Assembly (NCBI GenBank): GCA_051362555.1
Contig: CM120641.1
Location: 18,290,001-18,354,000 of the forward strand
Length of the DNA stretch: 64,000 nt
Reading direction: 5' to 3'
From: Lingula anatina
Lineage: Eukaryota; Animalia; Brachiopoda
Each line of letters opens with the position of its first letter. The first letter of the stretch is position 1. Below the pieces are notes generated by a model. The model was not told the DNA's origin. It worked only from the letters and a program-made list of their open reading frames with translations, and did not search any database. A program made the translations under genes and the position numbers. Positions 38,101 to 51,829 of the stretch are shown here, piece by piece.

Positions 38101-41100
38101 CAACCAGTTTGGATAGGGTATAGCCTCAGGCTGGTGATTAAGAGGAAATTGCTGAAATTTCTTGGAAAATCATTATTATTTTGTTTTGTAGATGTCTAAT
38201 CTGCATTGTATATTACCTGCTCGGGCCATTCTGACAGCACATTCTCCAGCTGAAACACCATCCAAATCCCCGCGAGGCCCAATTCTGAGCGTACAAGCCA
38301 CTGGCATACCACAAGTCTTCATTGCTTCAATGGCCCATTCTGCCTCCTCCACATGGCCAAAAAACTAAAAAGTTTCAAACCATAGGTAGTCATCATGAAA
38401 GACCATTCCAGTAATCCACAGTTACATTACTATGCAGATAAAAACTTGGAAATACTAAATGCAGTACTGTCATAAAACTACAAACAACATCAATATTTGT
38501 GTGTAAAAATAATACATTGCAATTGGTGAATAGATTTTGTAACTTTGTAGTGCATGTTTAAACCTCAGTGAAGAGATATTTTAAAAAATCACATGGGAAT
38601 GGATATTTTCCAAATGATTCAGATCAAAATTATGAAAATATCAGTGTTAGATATAACAAGGCAGCAAAGCTGTCAAATGTACAGACAAAAAACAGGAAAT
38701 AACTATGCACAAAATCGGCTACTGTCAATTCTGATGCAACAGTACATTATGTTAAACTGCAAATTCAACATCAAATTTTAATTATGCTCAACAGGTAATA
38801 CCAATGTAAGTAAAATGTGTAACAAGTTCACACTTTGAAAATGTATAACTTCCAGAAAAAGAAGCCAATTAGACTGCTTTTCCAACTCAGGCTGCATTTT
38901 AGTCCTGTATTTCTTTTTTGAAAGTTTGGCAATCATAAGTAACATGGTTTTCCCATAATGGTCATCATGGCAGCAGCACCCAAAATTGTGTTTTCTTCTA
39001 TTCTGATGCCATATTACATAATGGTTAACAGCATAATGACCGTCAATTTTTAATAATAAAATATACGTATCATGGATTTTCAGAAAATGTGACTGGCATG
39101 GGTCTTCAAGCCCGTGGAACTTCAAAGTCACACCTTGAAAATGCCAATATGTGAAAAATTAAATTTTCACAAAAAAACTGTTTAACTAGCAGTAAGAATT
39201 ATCAAACAGACTGCATTGTCTACTGAAGCTGTATTTTAGTCCCATGTTTCTTTCCTGTAAGTTTGAGAACAGTAAGTGACATGGTTTTTCTTAAATGGTC
39301 ATCATGGGAGCAGTGCCCAAAATAGTATTTTTTTCAAATTTTGATGCAATATTACATAACGTTTAACAGCATAATGACCATCACTTTTAATAATAAAATA
39401 TTAGTATTATGGATATTCAGAAAATGTGACTAGAAAAGGTCTTAAGGCCCATGGAACTTCAAAGTCACAACTTGAAAATGCCAAAATGTAAACAAGACAG
39501 CACTGTTCTGAAATGTTTTTTTTCCATTTTTAACAATTTATAACATAAAACAAAATTAACAGTTTTCTGACGTTTTTATATGATCAACTAAGAAAATTGA
39601 TGAGATGGGAAAAATATCAATAGAGCAGTGTTAAATGTCCAATTTCTTCCATTCTTCCATTCTGATCATAGTGAATGATTGAATCTGACAAACTGCAATG
39701 ATATGAGTTTATTTCCATTTTTGACACTTTATTACACAATACACAATAACAAGTTTACCATCATTTTTACATAATCAACTAATAATGTTGTAAAGATGCA
39801 GGAAATGCCAAACAAACACTTTCACGTATCTTATTAATTAAATAATGAAACTGTTAACATGCCTAAGAATTGAATCTGAGGAAATGTGAAAAAACGGCAT
39901 TTCTTTAAAATAATGGCCCGATTATGCTGATTTTTGAACTCAACCTGCGTTTTAGCTGGAATAACCACTCCTGTGAGTTTAATGACAATTGGCCTATCTG
40001 TTTTTCTTATATTGTGTTTACAGTGTTGCATATATGCTGAAAAGTGAAAAAACAGCATAACTTCTACAATAATGGCCCGATCACGCTGATTTTCGAACTT
40101 GACATGCGTCTTATGAATATTCATCAGCTCTGTAAATATACAGCCAAAAAGTAAAACTGCCTTCCACTTATCATGTTTACAATGAAAGTGCATGGCGCTG
40201 GCAACAGCGACAGTGACGGCGACGATGGCGATGCAGACGCAGGTGATGGCAATATGTACAGACACATCTGTACATAGTTACTGTACTGTTTGAGAACAGT
40301 AAGTGACATGGTTTTTCTTAAATGGTCATCATGGGAGCAGTGCCCAAAATAGGTTTTTTCAAATTTTGATGCAATATTACATAATGTTAAACAGCATAAT
40401 GACCATCAATTTTTAATAATAAAATATTAGTATCATGGATATTCAGAAAATGTGACTAGCAAAGGTCTTCAGGCCCATGGAATTTCGAAGTCACAACTTG
40501 AACATGCCAAAATGTAAACAGGACAGCACTGTTCTGAAATTTTTTTTCTCCCCATTTTTAACAATTTTTTAAACATTAAACAAAATTAAAGGTTACTGCC
40601 ATTTTTATACGATCAACTAAGGAAATTGATGAGATGGGAAAAATATCAAGACAAAAGTGTTAAATGTCCAATTTCCTACATTCTGAGATTCTGAACATAA
40701 TGAATGATTGAATCTGACGAAGTGCAATGATATGAGCTTATTTCCATTTTTGAAACTTTATTACACAATACATGATAACAAATTTACCATCATTTTTACA
40801 TAATCAACTAACTATGTTGTAAAGATGCAGAAAATGTCAAACAAACACTTTTACGTATCTTATTAGTTAAATAATGAGACTGTTAACATGCCTAAGAATT
40901 GAATCTGAGGAAATGTGAAAAAAACAGAATAACTTCTAAAATAATGGCCCGATTATGCTGATTTTCGAACTTGACCTGCATTTTAGTAAGATTGATTACT
41001 CCTGTGAGTTTCATGACAACAGGCCTATCGGTTTTCCTTGAAATGTGTTAACAGTGTTGCATATATGCTAAAAAGTGAAAAAACAACATAAATTCTACAA

Positions 41101-42775
41101 TAATGGCCCGATCACGCTGATTTTCGAACTTGACCTGCGTTTTATGAATATTAGTCAGCTCTGTAAATATAAAGCCAAAAAGTAAAACTGTCTTCCACTT
41201 ATGGTGTTAACGCTGAAAGTGCACGGCGACGGCGACATGATCGGCGACGGCGACGACAGACGCAGGTGATAGCAATATGTACAGACACATCTGTGTCTGT
41301 ACATAAAAATATTTTGTTTGCAGTGACTGCAAGGCAATTCATTTGGTATTCTTTACAAAAACATTTGAATGCCACACTATGACACTAAATAACATATTGG
41401 TAAAAGCTGTATTCATTGACTGGTGAACATTTAAATGTTTTACAGAAAAACACTCACCTCACCCAGTAGAAAATCTACTTTATTTTTGACAAAGATCTCA
41501 CATTGGTTTTGAAACTGTTTCTGAACAGCAGCTTTACCCTTCCCTTGGGTATAGCATGGAGTGGGGGACACGCCTCCACAAACCAGAGTGTCTGGCTTGG
41601 TTTTCGCCACCTCCCAAACAATATCACATGCAGACTGGTTAAGATCTGCAGACTGGAAAGAAACAATGATTTAAGATTGGTTTACAAAAGGTACATTTGA
41701 GAGGTCAAAAATCTTCAGTAAGCATGGGGAAAGTCCTTCAATGTCTTTGTATGTAAATTAGTTATGAAAATGGCAGTCTGAATGAAATGAATTTGGAGGG
41801 TGCAAAAAAAAAAAAAAAAAAAACCCAAGCAAGCAAGCAATAATAAATTGCCAAACCAGCTTGAGCCTCCCTTGTATAGTTTTAAAAATACCCCTTACTC
41901 TAAATGGGGGAGGGGGGTATCGTGTTAAGGTGAAAGGCACTTACTGTAAATACTTTTCCTCCCTCAGAAGTGCTAAGTTTCCCATCGGTTGAGTAAAAAG
42001 TAAAAGCCTGCAGTACATCTGCTCCTGCTCGCAGAAAATCTCTATGCAGTTGCCGAACTATTTGAGAAACAGATTTGAACACACATAATATTATAAGTAT
42101 TTACATAATTTACGTTGAGCTTTCCTGTTGTATGTCCTCACTATACCATCTTCATTCAATTAGCAAAGGAAATTATGATGTAAAAGTCTTAATTTCATAA
42201 CTTTCAAGGACATTTATTAGCCTGCACTTAGTGCTTGGGATAGTTGTATGAGTATTGGTTTTGCCCTGTATTAGAACTTGATAATAATTATTTAAGTTTT
42301 ATGTTCTGGTGCCTGCCTTCCAAAATCATATTATTAAAAAACATTTAATTAATTTAAATAATGGAACAGTCTACACACAACATGAGTTTCAGAGTCAATA
42401 AGTTTTTCAAAAAACAAAGGGAAACCCACACGACACTGAGAGCTTACAGAAAACCCAGTCAAAGACAATTTCAGTTGAGCAGTAATGGTCAAGTTGACCT
42501 GGTGCCTTGTTCTCATTTGATAATTATGCTCTAATAAACCTGTTAGATAGATAAACTTTGCATTAATCATTTATTCTGTGTTGTAATACCAGAATATGGG
42601 GCAACTTTCATCAGTGGCTGGATTAAGGTGGTATGTTTATAATTGAATTCCCTTCCGAGGTCAATGTTGTTTGGTTTTAATTCAAAATGAGGGAAATATA
42701 TGATAAGATATATACCTGGATATTTTCCAAACTTTGTGCACAAATTGTCCTGTATCAAATTTGACATGATTAAAA

Positions 42776-42838
<63 letters not shown>

Positions 42839-43075
42839 CCATCTTCCAAACACCTACTCAATATGTTTAAAACTTCTGGTTTTGACTTCACATGAAATCA
42901 TCCTGTTCTCATGAAAAAAAAAAAAAAAATTACCTGCATCTGGATATTCAATAGCAGCCTCTGGTGTAAATGGCCCTGCCTTTACATAGCCCCTTTTTTC
43001 TAGTGTAATGACATAGCTCCCATCTCCTATCACTGGCCCCTCAGCCAACCGTTCTAGGATGCCCTTCTTTCCCAT
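35147..43075 (-). CDS. BHMT: Betaine-homocysteine S-methyltransferase-like protein, paralog b (373 aa, starts [10 protein letters not shown]; presumably cytosolic)
   Basis: Exons (minus): 43075-42934, 42057-41945, 41652-41458, 38364-38217, 37168-36980, 36108-35978, 35674-35571, 35246-35147 (TAA); 1122 nt, open. Exon sizes 113/195/148/189/131/104/100 are identical to paralog a. GLNC and GGCC Zn ligands intact. Confidence 0.95.
36470..36660. repeat. Degenerate relative of MITE family A
   Basis: Shares GTTAATTACCCCCT, AATTTAGCG.GAA.CCCC and AGATCGATC blocks; similar relic at 44470-44610. Confidence 0.5.
38655..41309 (-). mobile_element. Second, inverted copy of the same HINE-like element, in a BHMT-b intron
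   Basis: Reverse complement of 17026-20666 with the same two heads (41309, ~40276) and same 3' end (AACAAGGCAGCAAAGCTGTC at 38655), but only 2+2 monomers. Confidence 0.85.
42775..42837. repeat. (TAAA)n microsatellite
   Basis: Direct inspection; a similar (TTTA)n at 54675-54717 forms the acceptor tract of ADSS exon 2. Confidence 0.9.
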
Positions 43076-45258
43076 TGCCACCTACTAAAAATGTGAAAAA
43101 TGTTATCTTGCAAGTGTTGATTGAATGCAGCAGATACCTTTCTGGAAACCTCCAATTCCATATTATGCATTCATATTTAATCAACGTGTTACCATTTAAT
43201 TTGCCTCAGTCTTGCATAAATGTTTCATTGTCATTCTATGTGTAGATATGGCTGATACAGCTAGAGGGATAACTTAAATCTGATAAGAAGAAACTCTCAC
43301 CTGTTGCACAACAATAAGAATGTAAGTCACTTGAATTTACTGTTGCACTCATATTGATCCACTTAGATAAAGCATATAGCATAAGAAATTTGTACAAAAA
43401 GAAACTTTAGTTTTGGAACTCAACATGTTAGTTTTTTTGTTATGCTTTGCAGGTGAAGTGGAAGACTGAGTTGGGTCAAAGCCCTTTGTTGATGAAAATA
43501 AATATACTGGAATTCAGTACAATTATAAAATGAAGTCAAAGTCATTCGGATGGTTCACAACATCTTGTATTATCAACAATTAAATAAATGAAAGTTGTTC
43601 AGAACTGCACAAACATTTAGAAAAGCTTAAATGACCCACTAGCTCTTAATTGGAAAACTGTTCAAAATTTCCGTATGTAAAGTGTAGCATGCACATGTCT
43701 TCTTAACTAATTCCAATGCAATACTTTGCACATGACAAGTTACTGGAAGTACATGCATATTTGGTATTGTTAAATGAATAGAACTCCCTTCACAATGGGA
43801 AAAATTATTTGACCTGAGAGCTGAAGAGAACAAGCAATTTCTAGATGAAATCTTTATGCACTGAGATAAACGTTATCATTTAATTATCTGATTGCATGTT
43901 CAAGTGGCTACTTATATTTGCTTCTGCAATAAGAGAAAGTAAATTACTGACACAACAGACAGCTATTGCATAGTTAAATGTTGACACTTAAAAGCATATT
44001 TGAAATAAAATTTATAAAAAAATCTGAACACGTAGATTTTTAAACTTGACTTTAGAAGGACCTTAAATTTTAAAGAAAAACATAAACCAATAAATAGCCT
44101 ATTCTTATGCAAAAGTATTCACTAGCATATCCACTAGCACTTACCAATAGATATAAGATATGCTCGAGTGTCTGCAAATGGACGTCTGGCTCTATGAAAA
44201 CAAAGTTTCTGAAAGCATCAGTTTCTGACCTGAGCTAGGTATTTCAAACTGGGGGCATACTGTATGCAGATAAGAAAGGGACAAATTCAGTTCAAGCTGT
44301 TGTGTGGAGTATAAACAAGGCAGAGTTCAAATATAGGACTTAACCAAATGAAAAGCAAGTTGCATATATCAACACTGCAAAGTATTGTTATTTAAAGACT
44401 CATTTACTCAGGCCCCGTAGTCAGCAATTTCAAAAGGGTATTTCTTTTAGGTCTACTTCTACACAAAAGTTAATTACCTCCCCCCTCCCTCCGCAGCCTC
44501 AGTAAGGGTAACAGACATCTAAGCTGCTTATAGGTTGATTGCAATTTAGCAAGAATCCCTTCAGAGATAGATCCATCCACAGTTAGTGCAATAGGGTCTG
44601 GGAATGGTCCCTTATATTAGACAGCAAAGCTGACAACTATGTAAAAATCAAAACACCCAATAATGGGATAATGTAGACTTTCAAAAGGAACCTTTATTTA
44701 AAACTTAAGAAGTCACGCAGTAAATTTTAAGTTAAAGAAAAATACAGTTTGACAGTTATAGGAATAGACATTTTGGAAGGTGACAACATTGACAGATAAA
44801 GTGATCAGAATATACACAGACGCATAAGAATAAACTGTGAACATAACCCGGCCTACTTTCACATTGCATATATTAACCTACATGTTATGCCTACACACAT
44901 CAGTTATGCAAGGGTTATTGCCCTTTGCACTGTACCTTTTTGCGAGTCACTAAAAGTGTCAAATGGACAGGCAAATATTGTCAAAACTAACAGTAGTGGG
45001 ATTAAAACAGTCTGTAAATGATGAGTTTATTGGTTCTAGCACAATTAAGTATGCACAACAAGCTATGAATTAGATTTAATCCCTCACTTAGAGATTATTC
45101 CTTATGAAACTGTCAGTCATCGTAGATTGATCTGACTAAGCCAGGACTCGGGCTAAATGCAATCAGAATAAAAAGATTAAACAGTAGACAAGTGCGTTTC
45201 TAATGCACTCATATAACCACCAACTCTTCTGGAGTTTACTTCTCTCCAACAGCACTTA

Positions 45259-45483
45259 GAGTGCATTCCCAGAGATTTAGACCGATCCAGAGATTTAGAT
45301 TTTGATCGACCTTACTCCCTGGGGGTTCATGCTAAATTGCAGTCAGCCAAGCGCGCACCATAGTTAATTATCCCCTTACAGCTTTTAGTAGGCGGGACAG
45401 ACGCTTTAGCCGGCTAAGCTGGCAGTAATCTAGTGAGACTCTCCACAGGAATAGATCGATCTAAAATCTATGGGAATGGGGTC
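45259..45483. mobile_element. MITE family A, copy 2 (opposite orientation to copy 1)
   Basis: Same TIRs and internal sequence; TTA/TTA flanks. Confidence 0.8.
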
Positions 45484-46404
45484 TTAGTCTCTCGATCTGA
45501 TTGTATTCAGCAAGAGTCCCCAGAGTTGGACTGATCTATATAGACCTATAGTTTCATTAGGATTGAGCCCTTAAATAGCTAGAGTCAACACAATGAGGTG
45601 CTAAGTGGGATATAAATGGCAGATTAGATAACTGACTGTAAACAAAGATTTCTCAGCTTGAAAAGTACTGTGATTTTTCCCAGTTTTAATGTGAAATTGT
45701 AGATTTTGATTATTATGTACAAATAGTTTTGACATTTAGGATACTTATCCTATACTACAGTTACCTTTTTTGTGTGATACTGTGAGTGTACTTGTGAAAA
45801 TAAATTTTAGAAAAATTTAATTATAGCTTTAAAAGCATCAGGTTTGACTTTTTAATCAGATGATTGGTAATTAGTCTTTTCTACTTAAGGACTTTAACAT
45901 TTCAAAATGGAGGCAGGTTTGGTATCACATTTCTTTCAAAGTAAGTGATTAAATTACCATGTTCAATCAAAAAGAAAGGCATATAATACTGGTTTGGGAA
46001 ACATTTACACAACATTTAAGTGTAATTTTCAGCTTAGGCTTTATTGAAACAAAATGTATTTCCCTGATTTTGTAAATATACTTAATTATATTTCAATTTC
46101 ACTTTCTTTCAGGTGTTATTTTTTTCTGAAATAAAACTTGGAAAAACAGTATTGAAGCACAATAGGTCTTTCAGTAAAAAAAATTAATCCCTTTTCTTTT
46201 AGAACAAGAGACCAGCCTTGATATTGCTGACCAATAACCTGTTATAGGTACATATCTATAAGTACTTATTACCAGACAGGCCAAAAATACACTGTATAAT
46301 CTTTCTTTCTCAAAATTATTTTCTAAATTATTTCACTGGTTTATTTAAAACTTTATAAAAGTAAACATCACTATCACAATAAAAAGTATAACAAAGCCCT
46401 CCTC

Positions 46405-46443
<39 letters not shown>

Positions 46444-46543
46444 ACTCCAATGCCAGGCAGTGGCAGGGAGATAATTGTTTTCATGTGAAATTTTATATAA
46501 AGTGGTAAATGCTTTAATGTTACAAAAATGTACATAAAATATA

Positions 46544-47076
46544 CTGACAGTCAATGAAAACGCATCATTTATTTATCAAATAATGTTTTACGTTCCTTTG
46601 GCACATTAAGAAAATAAGTTTTCGTGTGAAATATGACCCATTATTCAGTCACGCAAGGTGAAATAAAGGTCAGAAAAGATCATTTAAATGCAAGGTAGCA
46701 TGATCAAATCTCTTTGGTTCCGCCCAGCCTCCAGCATCCCCATGCAGGGCCCCCAGTCGCTCTTCCAGTGTCAGACGTGGCATCTCTGAACTTTTTTGTC
46801 ATGTGTCATACTGGATTTGGTGACTTCCTTAAATAGGCTTAATTAATCACCATATATTGAACCTGACTGATTCACACCAATCACGAGACAGGAAAAACAA
46901 ATGATTTTGTAGCAGCTGATCACAAAATCACTGAAGCGGAAATTTTAAACATCCGAGTGGTGAGCCCACTCTCTTATGACCAAACAAGTGCATTTGTACT
47001 TGTTTATATGGTTGGAATCGATTCTCGGTAAAAAAGTACAAGAAAGTTTTCTGATGCGTTTTTCATTGACTGACAG
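46544..47076. mobile_element. Tc1/mariner-like MITE
   Basis: ~25-bp TIRs CTGACAGTCAATGAAAACGCATCA / TGATGCGTTTTTCATTGACTGACAG, flanked by TA on both sides. Confidence 0.7.
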
Positions 47077-47242
47077 TATATATACTAAATATAAACAGGA
47101 TTATACTCTGCTTGACTTATAAGAAATTTTCCAATAATACCAGCACAAATGTTAAAATGCAAGTAGTATATATGGGTAATGATAAGGTTGCATTCACAAC
47201 AGATGATCTGCAGAATTAATGATCCATGGACTAAATATAAAA

Positions 47243-47375
47243 CCTACCCAACTACCAGACTCGGCACCGAATGATACTATACATTCACCGGCACATCAGA
47301 CCACACTACCCGTTTTCAAGGTGTGCGTCAGTATGCATTTCACAGTATCATACCCCGGAACAAAGTTTGAGATGA
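47243..47375 (+). repeat. Dispersed repeat, inverted copy at 53451-53584
   Basis: CCTACCCAACTACCAGACTCGGCACC...TTTTCAAGGTGTG..TCAGTATGCATTTCA matches the reverse complement of 53451-53584. Confidence 0.75.
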
Positions 47376-47739
47376 GATGCACTACTTTCCAACCCCGCTG
47401 AGAATCATTACTATCACATAGGCAAGAGCGGTGTCGCGTCTGATAGTTCGAAGCACATACTGACACACATGAATATGGCCGAACCTACAACCTTGGTAAA
47501 AAGCAATACCAAGCAAGTCCTTAATGGTCTCCCCGCCTCCAAATGTGCCTTCCCTGCAGAGGCCTAGCAATTAAACCTAGAAGCCAAATTTAAGCCATGT
47601 GGAGGCAGGGAGACCATAAAAGGATTAGGCCATCTTGCTTTCAGGTAGGGTCTGCCATATTAGATCCTCGGAACTACTGATCCGTGGATCAGCTGGTCTG
47701 AATGTGACCCAAGTAGTAATAATAATGCAACTTGTCTAT

Positions 47740-47944
47740 CACCCCATTTCCATAGATTTTTAGATCGATCTCTCCCTGTGGGGAGTATCACTAGATTACT
47801 GTCAGCTTGGTCGGCTTAAAGCTGTAAGGGGGTAATTAACTATGGTGCCCGATCGGCTGACTGCAATTTAGCGTGAACCCCCAGGGGGTTAAGTCGATCT
47901 AAATCTTAATCTCTAGATCGATCTAAATCTCTGGGAAAGCACCC
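47740..47944. mobile_element. MITE family A, copy 3
   Basis: Colinear with 29937-30149; TAT/TAT flanks. Confidence 0.75.
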
Positions 47945-50900
47945 TATGATATAAGCTCAGTACCTGGAGTAATCTTGGTGAAATCTTGAAGACAGTGCTG
48001 TATCTACTGGCATTATAGGAGATGAGAGAAGATATATTATTGTGTCTGAAGTGTGACATCATGTGAAGTTGAATGGTGTAAGGCCTGAAGCAGGCTGGTC
48101 ATTTTTAGCTGGATGTGCACAGGAGTGGGGCAGTGAGTGAGAAGTACTCAGTAGAAGCAGATTTTCCAAGGGTATAGTATGATTATAATTTTTTTCTTCT
48201 GGCATTTTGAGCAGAGAATACTTTTATGCAATATTCAGTTGTGAAACACTTCTGACAGGTAGATAAGATCCAATCTGACAGTTCTCAAGGCCATTGACCG
48301 ACAGCCCAAGGCTATTGATTGCCAGTTTCCATTGGTTGTAATTTTTAGCTCAGATAAGAGGCTATCAAGAGGTCATATTTGTCATGGCATAAGTCCCTGA
48401 TTCGCGCACACCTGACAAGAATTTTTTCCTTGACTTTTTTTTTGTCCCACTGTTGGTCAATAAATCAAGTTATATGAAAACAAGTTGAGAGAAAATAAAC
48501 ACAATTTTGCACCCTCACACTTTGAAACACATTTTCATATCATATACCCCGTATTTCTACAAGTATTTTCTGGTCAAAATAGCAAAAGAAAAATTTATCT
48601 TGACCAGCCAGCTTCACATCTGGAAATAGACGAATTTGCTAACCAAATTCAATCAGCCTAGAAGTCGGGGTTGATCCTGCTGATTGCTAAAAATTGTAGT
48701 AAACGTAGGATCTCGGGGTATCAGACATCAATAATGTGCCCCTATCTATTATGTACATACATGTATATATTTCAATTGACTTTGAAAATAAAACTTTTAA
48801 TTGTGAGCAAATGTTACATGGCCTACTGCTATGTGAAGGTCTTTTACAAGATATCTGACCCACTGTTAATATTTGTTGGACAGAAATGAGTATGTCCTTG
48901 TAAATGAAAAATCACTTTGTGTGAACAGGCCCGGTACCAGCAACTTCAAAAGAAGGCTATGTGGTCTGAAAAAGTGGACCTTTTACCACAAAACCTTTGT
49001 GGTAATAGATCAAATTTTAATCCAGAGCATACCTTTTCCCCTTTAGGAGCAAGATGCAAGTCTGTGAGCATCATTATTGTCAACACAAGAAAAAAGAATA
49101 ACAGGTACATTTCACTTCCAGATAAGATCTTGGGTTTAATTGTTCTTTCCTCACTGATGAAAGCAATTAAAATCATCAGAACTGACAAAGGACTGTGGCG
49201 TGCAGACTCTATTCACTGTCTGGAAAATTTACTGAGTTTTGCCGAACAAGGAAAAAAATTCTGTTGCATTTTGACATTTGTTCTAAGTGTTTGGGCCCAG
49301 AAATATCATTTCAGAAAAGATTTTTGGTTGGATTGATAGCATCATTCAAATTGTTTGAGCACCAACTGTAATAGTATTTTTATTTATAACTTTATTCTAC
49401 CTTTCACCTACCCATGTAAATGTATATGCTTCAATCAATAAAGCATTATGTAACAATTCAGAATCACACACACACCATGAAATAACAATTCAGCTTATGT
49501 CAGAATGGTACAATTGATGATGTCTTTCGATTTATCAGTACATAATCAAAGCTGAAGCATCCAGAAATTCACATAACTCAGGATTAAGTCTTTAGAAGTT
49601 TGAATACTGGATATGCTGTAAGTTTCACACTTGCAAGAGCACCTAAAATGCATGGTATAAAATTACATGTAAATAGTAAATTAATCCTTTTGGGTGCTTT
49701 GAAGGTTCTCCTTTACCTTCCCAGAATTACACAAACTTACAAAATTCCAGTCTCGTCTGTGCACATCATCAAAATGGCAACAAGCTCAGTTTTCCCAACA
49801 TTAAACTTTACACCATAAAAACCTACCATGCCCTCTCTTTATAACTTTCTGAAACTTTTTACATGACCCCTGGTTAATTCACTGTATGGTCAAGCTATGG
49901 CAGTTTCAGACACAAATGACATGTTCTGCCCTATTTGAGAATTAAAAAAAGAAAAAAAGATTGAGAGAGAGAAGAGAAGGAGAAAATAAAAAATTAATTA
50001 AGTAATACTAGCAGAATGTACATGCAATAAACAGAGGTTACATTGGGTAGTTTGTTACCCATGAAAACCACTTTTTATTTCCCTGATTTAGTATGATCCA
50101 CGAAGTACTTCATTCCAGGACTTGTGCAGCCTTTTTTCTCCTCGTCTTTGTAAAAAAGAAGTCAAAACTTGACTATTCATGATTTCAACTCAATGAACTC
50201 ACATTTTCAATTCGATTTGAATAAAGTTTTACTTACTTGATTTGTTGATTTTATTTCCCCTGAACTGTGATCACCAATCCTTCCACACAACTCCTCTAAA
50301 AAGCACATCCTTTATTGTCTGTCTTTATTGCACACCTACCACAATCTCTTTTCTTATGACAAATAATACACACAAGTCTTCTGCATGAATCACTACAGTC
50401 CATCACTTATGGTCGATAAAATAATTAAAACCAACATGTTTTCAAAAAAACCCTCTTTGGGGTGTAACAAACTTTCAAAATATGGAGAACAGTGAAAAGA
50501 ACTTTGTGGTTGTTTTTTTAATGCATACTAAGTGGATGAAGAGTTTCCTCTCCTTAAAAAACAAGACTCATTTGTCTTTTAATGTTCATTTATAAGCTTA
50601 CAGGCCATCCAACACGTTTGCTTTTTGGGTGGGATGTCCTCCATGCTGCTCTTAAATGATCAGGGTTCAGGGATAAAACTGGTGACACATTCCAATCCTT
50701 CAGCCTTTTGGGTGCCCTCACTTCCATCTGAAAATAAAAAAGAAATTTTGTTTTAATCTATCTATGAAGTTTCCTATGTCAGACAGGTATTTAATGTTTA
50801 AAAAATAAATAAGCAGATGAAGCTTGTATGCAAAGATGTGTCCTTAGAAGGGCCGAATGTTTCTTGCTTTATCAACTGCTTTGTTATGAAGCAGTATTTC

Positions 50901-51829
50901 CATCTAAATGTAATAATATCCTTCTATCTTATAGCAGCTGCTACCTAGAGCTAAAAATTATATATACTGCTGCCAAAAAAAAAAAAAAAAAAATCAAACA
51001 ATTACACGTTCACATAGGGAGTAGCATTGAAAATCTAATCAAAAATTACAATGGAAACAAGACACGATAGTTTCTAGCGCTAGGAAAGTTCTGAATGTCA
51101 TTTTTTCTGGTGAATTTCTCCTTCTGATGTAAGATGGATAATTACCTTGCATATATTGCTCTTTTTTTCACCTCTGCCTCTGGTCAAAAGATACATCATT
51201 CCAAATTATGGTTCACTTAATTGTGGTCTGTGTCAATCACTATAAAATGCACTTAGCAATAATAATATCACTGATGGAAACTTTTTGATACCTTTGCAGC
51301 ATTTGCCTCCCACCCTGTAACTCCCTAATTTTCAATGTTAATCAAAAATTACTGGCCAGTCATTATATATAGCAGCGACCATTTCCTTTAATCTCCAATG
51401 GATATGTGAACATCAGGTGCGCTCCAGAAAAAAATATTTGAGGGTTTAAATCATTTTTAGTGTGTATGTAAGGTTTAATAAGAAGCTATGGGTGGCAAAA
51501 ATAAGCATTTGGGGGATTATCAAACCCATGGAGCACATACTTAGAAATTCTGAGAACTTTGAAGAACTTGCCTAACCACTGGTAATAAAGCCATGTCAAA
51601 ATTTCAGTTTCAACGATTTACTTTTTTTTTTACCTCAACGTTATTATGTCCAAGATCTCAATAAGCACCTTAGTGCCCATAAATACAAAACAAAAAAAAA
51701 AAAAAAGGTTTTTGAATAAGACATGGAAATTCTTTTCTTTTTTTTCAACTCACAGATCTAATAAACTGGAAATTAAAAATTTTAATTGCAAACATTTTGA
51801 AAGCAAACCCAAAGCCTTTGGCAAAGGGA

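Noticed and set aside
48917-49336. 139-aa + strand ORF
   Set aside because: No recognisable motif, non-ATG start, no supporting splice structure
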